Source: Trueperaceae bacterium
Lineage (GTDB): Bacteria > Deinococcota > Deinococci > Deinococcales > Trueperaceae
Assembly (NCBI GenBank): GCA_965213925.1
Contig: OZ243927.1
Location: 3,360,001 to 3,424,000, forward strand
Direction: 5' to 3'
Length of the DNA stretch: 64,000 nucleotides
In this document: in pieces, positions 60,510 through 64,000 of the stretch
Layout of the letters: each line of letters opens with the position of its first letter
How positions within the stretch are numbered: the stretch's first letter is position 1
Position numbers and translations under genes: made by a program
Notes under the pieces: generated by a model
Told to the model about the DNA's origin: nothing
The model's input: only the letters and a program-made list of their open reading frames with translations
The model's database searches: none

Positions 60510-61301
60510 CTACGACGTCGCCCGGTGCGCGCCGCCGTCCAGCGCTAGCGACTCGCCTGTCACGAATCCAGAAAGGCTCGAGGCGAAGAAGAGCACGGCT
60601 GAGGCTACGTCCTCTGGTTTAGCCAGCCGTCCCAGCGGCGTCGAGCCAACGAGAAAGTCACGCACGTCTTGCGGGCTTACGCCTTGTGCCTGGGCGAGCT
60701 TCTCCACCATCGCGCCTCCGAGCCCGGTGTCCGCCGCGTTCGGGTTGACGGCATTAACGAGGATGCTGTCACCCGCTAGCTCGTCCGCGGCGCTCTTGGT
60801 GAGTGCGAGCAGCCCGGCGTTGATGACGCTCGGGGCTGTGAGCAAGTGATACGGCTCATGTCCGGCGAGTCCGACGATGTTGACGATTCTGCCGCCCCCC
60901 TGCGCCCGCATCACCTTTGCGGCAGCTCGCATCATCCGCAGATAGCCGAGGAGTTTGAGGTCGAGGTCGGCCTGCCACGCCGCGTCGCTCAGGTTCATAA
61001 GCCCGCCGACCGTCGCGCCACCCGCGGCGTTGACTAAAATGTCGACACGCTCCCTTGCTTTGCTGGCTTTTTCAACTATGCGGTCGGGCTCTCCCTCCTT
61101 AGAAACATCTCCTTCGACTACAGTCGCTCGTTCCCCTAGCTCTTCAGCGAGCGGGCGCAATCTCTCCTGCTCGCGTCCGACTAAAACAACGTTCGCGCCA
61201 GCGTTGACCAAGGCTCGAGCCGACGCTCCACCGAAACCTCCTGACGCGCCGGTCACGAGCGCGACGTTTCCTTGCAAGTTGAATATGTCTTGAGCTTCCA
61301 T
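60510..61301 (-). CDS. Short-chain dehydrogenase/reductase
   Basis: TGASGGFG, VNAAG, TPLGRLAKPEDVA; GGGAG RBS before 61301. Confidence 0.88.
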   Translation of the reverse strand: MEAQDIFNLQGNVALVTGASGGFGGASARALVNAGANVVLVGREQERLRPLAEELGERATVVEGDVSKEGEPDRIVEKASKARERVDILVNAAGGATVGGLMNLSDAAWQADLDLKLLGYLRMMRAAAKVMRAQGGGRIVNIVGLAGHEPYHLLTAPSVINAGLLALTKSAADELAGDSILVNAVNPNAADTGLGGAMVEKLAQAQGVSPQDVRDFLVGSTPLGRLAKPEDVASAVLFFASSLSGFVTGESLALDGGAHRATS

Positions 61302-61452
61302 AGCAATCTCCCTCTGCACTCACATCGCATAATGCTTAACACCAAACTACTTTGTAAATAGCTATATGTCAAGCTAATTTAGACAAAGTTATATAAAGAA
61401 TTAGTTAGCGAAAAGCTATGTGGTAAGTTTAGAAGAGCGGGTTAGGAGGTAA

Positions 61453-62022
61453 TTGTTGGCGGCAAGAAAGCAGGCTTTACCGCGAAAAAAGCGGGAAGTA
61501 GAGCAGGACGGGGTCGAGCTAATCTTAGAGCAGTGGGCGAGAGAACGTCCGGACTTGGACGCCTCGCCGATGGGCGTGATTGGGCGCATTTTCCGGCTTT
61601 CACACCTCTTCCAGCAAGCGGTGCAGGAGGTATTCTCCGACTATGGCTTGCACCGCGGCGAGTTCGATGTTCTCGCGACCTTGAGGCGCTCGGGGGAGCC
61701 CTACCGCCTTACCCCCACAGAGCTTTCGAACGCCTTGATGGTCTCCTCGGGAGGGATGACAAACCGGCTCGACCGTTTGGAGAAGGCGGGGTTAGTCGCC
61801 CGGCAGCCTGACCCTGGCGACCGCAGAGGAAGCTTGGTAGGGCTGACCGAGGAGGGGTTCAGTATAGTGGATGAGGCTGTGGCTGAGCACGTGGCAAACG
61901 AGCACCACCTGCTTGGTGTGCTCGAGGACAAAGAGCAGACAGAGCTCGCTGAGCTGCTTCGCAAGCTGCTGCTCTCGCTAGAGTCGCCCAAGCACCGGCC
62001 AAGCGTGAGGAAGAAGTCCTGA
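61453..62022 (+). CDS. MarR-family regulator (HucR/PecS/TamR-like)
   Basis: N-terminal helix EQWARERPDLD, EFDVLATLRRSG, SSGGMTNRLDRLE, DRR; AGGAGG RBS. Confidence 0.9.
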   Translation: MLAARKQALPRKKREVEQDGVELILEQWARERPDLDASPMGVIGRIFRLSHLFQQAVQEVFSDYGLHRGEFDVLATLRRSGEPYRLTPTELSNALMVSSGGMTNRLDRLEKAGLVARQPDPGDRRGSLVGLTEEGFSIVDEAVAEHVANEHHLLGVLEDKEQTELAELLRKLLLSLESPKHRPSVRKKS

Positions 62023-62034
62023 TTTCACTATTAT

Positions 62035-62068
62035 TTTGTGCGCGAGTAGCGCGCGTTCGCCGCACAAA
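62035..62068. repeat. 34-bp dyad site S10
   Basis: TTTGTGC GCGA GTA GCGCGC GTT CGCC GCACAAA. Confidence 0.8.
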
Positions 62069-62201
62069 TCCGTCTTGTTGTGGAGCGTCAGGTCACCTGT
62101 TGGGTTCAGGCGCAGTGAGCACGACGGGTTACGTGACCTCCCACCTCCGCTCAACTTCTCACCCGAAGAACCTGGTCCGCCTTTCGGCACTAGGCGAGCC
62201 T

Positions 62202-62591
62202 TTACGCGACAGTCGCGCCGTGCTCGACGAGCAACGCTCTGAGCAGCCTACGATGACAATGCTCCCCGTCTTTGCAGTAGCACCCGACCGAGAAGCTCGT
62301 CGCTGACGAGAGTGCTGCAAGCAACGTCAGGACCCGAGCCGCCGACGGCTCTCGCATCTCGCGGCGGTACTTGCGCGTATACTCGGTCCACCGCTTGTCG
62401 GTGAACGGCTCTGACAGCGCCCACGAGACGAGCGGCGCACTCGGGGCGAGTTCGGGAAGCCAGACGTCATAGTAGTCGCGCCTGGCGAACTCTGATTTGG
62501 GCACACCGCGAGGGGGTCTGCGGACCGTGCCGATGCGGAGACCTTCAGCGGGATGCCGAGCTGTCCCAAGGCGCACAATTCGAATCGGCAT
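62202..62591 (-). CDS. DUF488 family protein
   Basis: GLRIGTVRRPPRGV.K, WLPELAPS, CYC....CHR; AAGGAG RBS before 62591. Confidence 0.85.
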   Translation of the reverse strand: MPIRIVRLGTARHPAEGLRIGTVRRPPRGVPKSEFARRDYYDVWLPELAPSAPLVSWALSEPFTDKRWTEYTRKYRREMREPSAARVLTLLAALSSATSFSVGCYCKDGEHCHRRLLRALLVEHGATVA

Positions 62592-63032
62592 GTCGTTTCT
62601 CCTTTCGCACCGACGAGGCAAGCAGCGTAACGCCCTGGCGTTCACCTGCGGCGTGCGAAGCGCGCGTCCGCAACCTAAAGAATGACGGTGGACATCCGCC
62701 AGGGCAGCGATACCGGTACCTTAGCGCCCGAATACGCAAATGTTTCACTTGACCTAGGTTGCTTAGACAACGCCTCACTGTACGGGTTCGTTCAAGTCCT
62801 GGAGCAACCCTTTATTGAGGCGGTAGAACGATCTGGGGTCTTGTTGGCATCTGTTTAGGAGGCCAGCAGACAACAATGGACCTCCTGCGGAAGCACCGTT
62901 TTTCTACCCGTTGTGCCTGCTCATACTCGGGAGGCTCCGCGTCACTTCGTTCCCACTAGCGACTGCGTGAACTGCTCAGCAAAAGTGGGAGGCAGGCTTT
63001 CTTCGGCCTTCCACTTCTGTAAGAAGCCTAAT

Positions 63033-63422
63033 TTAGGTGCTGAATGAATACATACCAACGTGGTTGCCTTCGGTGTCGCTAAACACAGCCCGAACGAGAC
63101 CAAACTTGCTTTCTTTTTGCGGGGGATGTACGACCCTGCCACCAGCGTCTCTTACTGCTTTCAACTGAGCGTCAACGCTGTCAACCAAAATCATGATAAG
63201 TGGACGGTCAAGCTGCTTACTACGTGGTGAAATGTCGCCATTGATGCCCCCTGCCTCTGTGGGATTGCCTCGCTCATCGGCTGCTGTCGTAAGCGCAAAA
63301 ACACCACCATTGCCCATCGGGGGCGTCCGCCAGCCGAAGACTGTGGTGTGAAATGCGCTCGCTCGCGCAACGTCTTCGGCTGGCAGTTCAAAATAGGCGA
63401 CCTTGTTGACTTGTACTGACAT
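63033..63422 (-). CDS. VOC/glyoxalase family protein
   Basis: AYFELPAEDVARA..F...FGW, GGING, FSDTEGN. Confidence 0.88.
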   Translation of the reverse strand: MSVQVNKVAYFELPAEDVARASAFHTTVFGWRTPPMGNGGVFALTTAADERGNPTEAGGINGDISPRSKQLDRPLIMILVDSVDAQLKAVRDAGGRVVHPPQKESKFGLVRAVFSDTEGNHVGMYSFST

Positions 63423-63491
63423 CTGAAAACTCCTTTTCGATTGGAATCTTCATCTACTTTAGTCAGCCGTAAGCGGCATGTATTGTATAAG

Positions 63492-64000
63492 TCAGACATC
63501 AAACTTCTTTGCGTATTGCGCTGGCGTGTAGCCGGTGATTTTTCGGAACGCGTGAATATAGTGCGACTGATCGAAATAAGACGCCAGGTAATGCTTCTTA
63601 AAGGAATGTTGCAAGCGCAATACTTTGAGAAAATCGTGGGGGAGAGAAGCCTGTCGTTCGTTTGAGTGTTCGCTGGAGTTGACGGGGCGACAAGTCAGCA
63701 ATCATTGCCATGTCCGCTACACTATGAATATCATCAATATGCGCCAGTATTTTCGCTGTTACGGCGTTCGGTACCACTACCTTCTCAGCTATAAGCCGCT
63801 GTACCAACTCTGCCATAACTGGCTGTTTGGCAGGGAAGTCGAATTTGGCAAGTTTGCGGTTTGTTTCAACCAGCGGCAAATCACCTCCGTAAGGTATGCC
63901 CACAAAGCTATCAGCGATCTCGTCCTGGTTGCCTTGCCACACACCGGGTAAGAGTTGAATGCCTGCGTAATGAAATGCCTTACCTAGATTCAATACTATG
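63492..64000 (-). pseudogene. AraC-type HTH regulator, frameshifted in a G5 run, 5' end outside the window
   Basis: LSPRQLQRTLKRTTGFSP continues in another frame as HDFLKVLRLQ...YFDQSHYIHAFRKITGYTP; one extra base at 63638-42. Confidence 0.75.

Noticed and set aside
62646..62679. Possible eleventh dyad site (GAAGCGCGCGTCCGCA)
   Set aside because: Only the core and GTC match; both outer TGC/GCA arms are missing at the right spacing.

Overview
The window looks like a Deinococcota (Truepera/Deinococcus-like) chromosome, judged from the Thermus/Deinococcus-type SigA C-terminus and many leaderless TAnnnT-N5-8-ATG starts. Bases 1-10.5 kb are core genes: polA 3' end, a large secreted sugar-dehydrogenase-like protein, glmM, ade, citrate synthase with a GntR regulator, and tRNA-Ala(UGC). 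The tRNA is the integration site of a complete 5.0-kb integrative element with 44-bp attL/attR, a tyrosine integrase with seven TACAGCCA arm-type repeats, a repressor, an excisionase and a lambda-O-like initiator with internal iterons. A second, truncated Rep_trans (rolling-circle/MOB-T-like) element follows and is cut by an ISL3. Bases 20-39 kb are a decaying accessory region with hydrolases, nested IS elements and an amino-sugar uptake/catabolism cluster. The main unexplained structure is at 39.7-62.1 kb. There, ten copies of a 34-bp dyad site (about YTTSTGC-N4-RWY-GCGCGC-RWY-N4-GCASAAR) sit at the borders of self-contained gene modules. This looks like a recombinase-site-delimited cassette array, analogous to pdif modules, but no cognate recombinase is visible in the window. 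Its cargo includes a membrane diguanylate cyclase fused to a class I terpene synthase with a divergent P450, and a csp plus extra RpoD module. All assignments come from reading motifs by eye; no searches were run.
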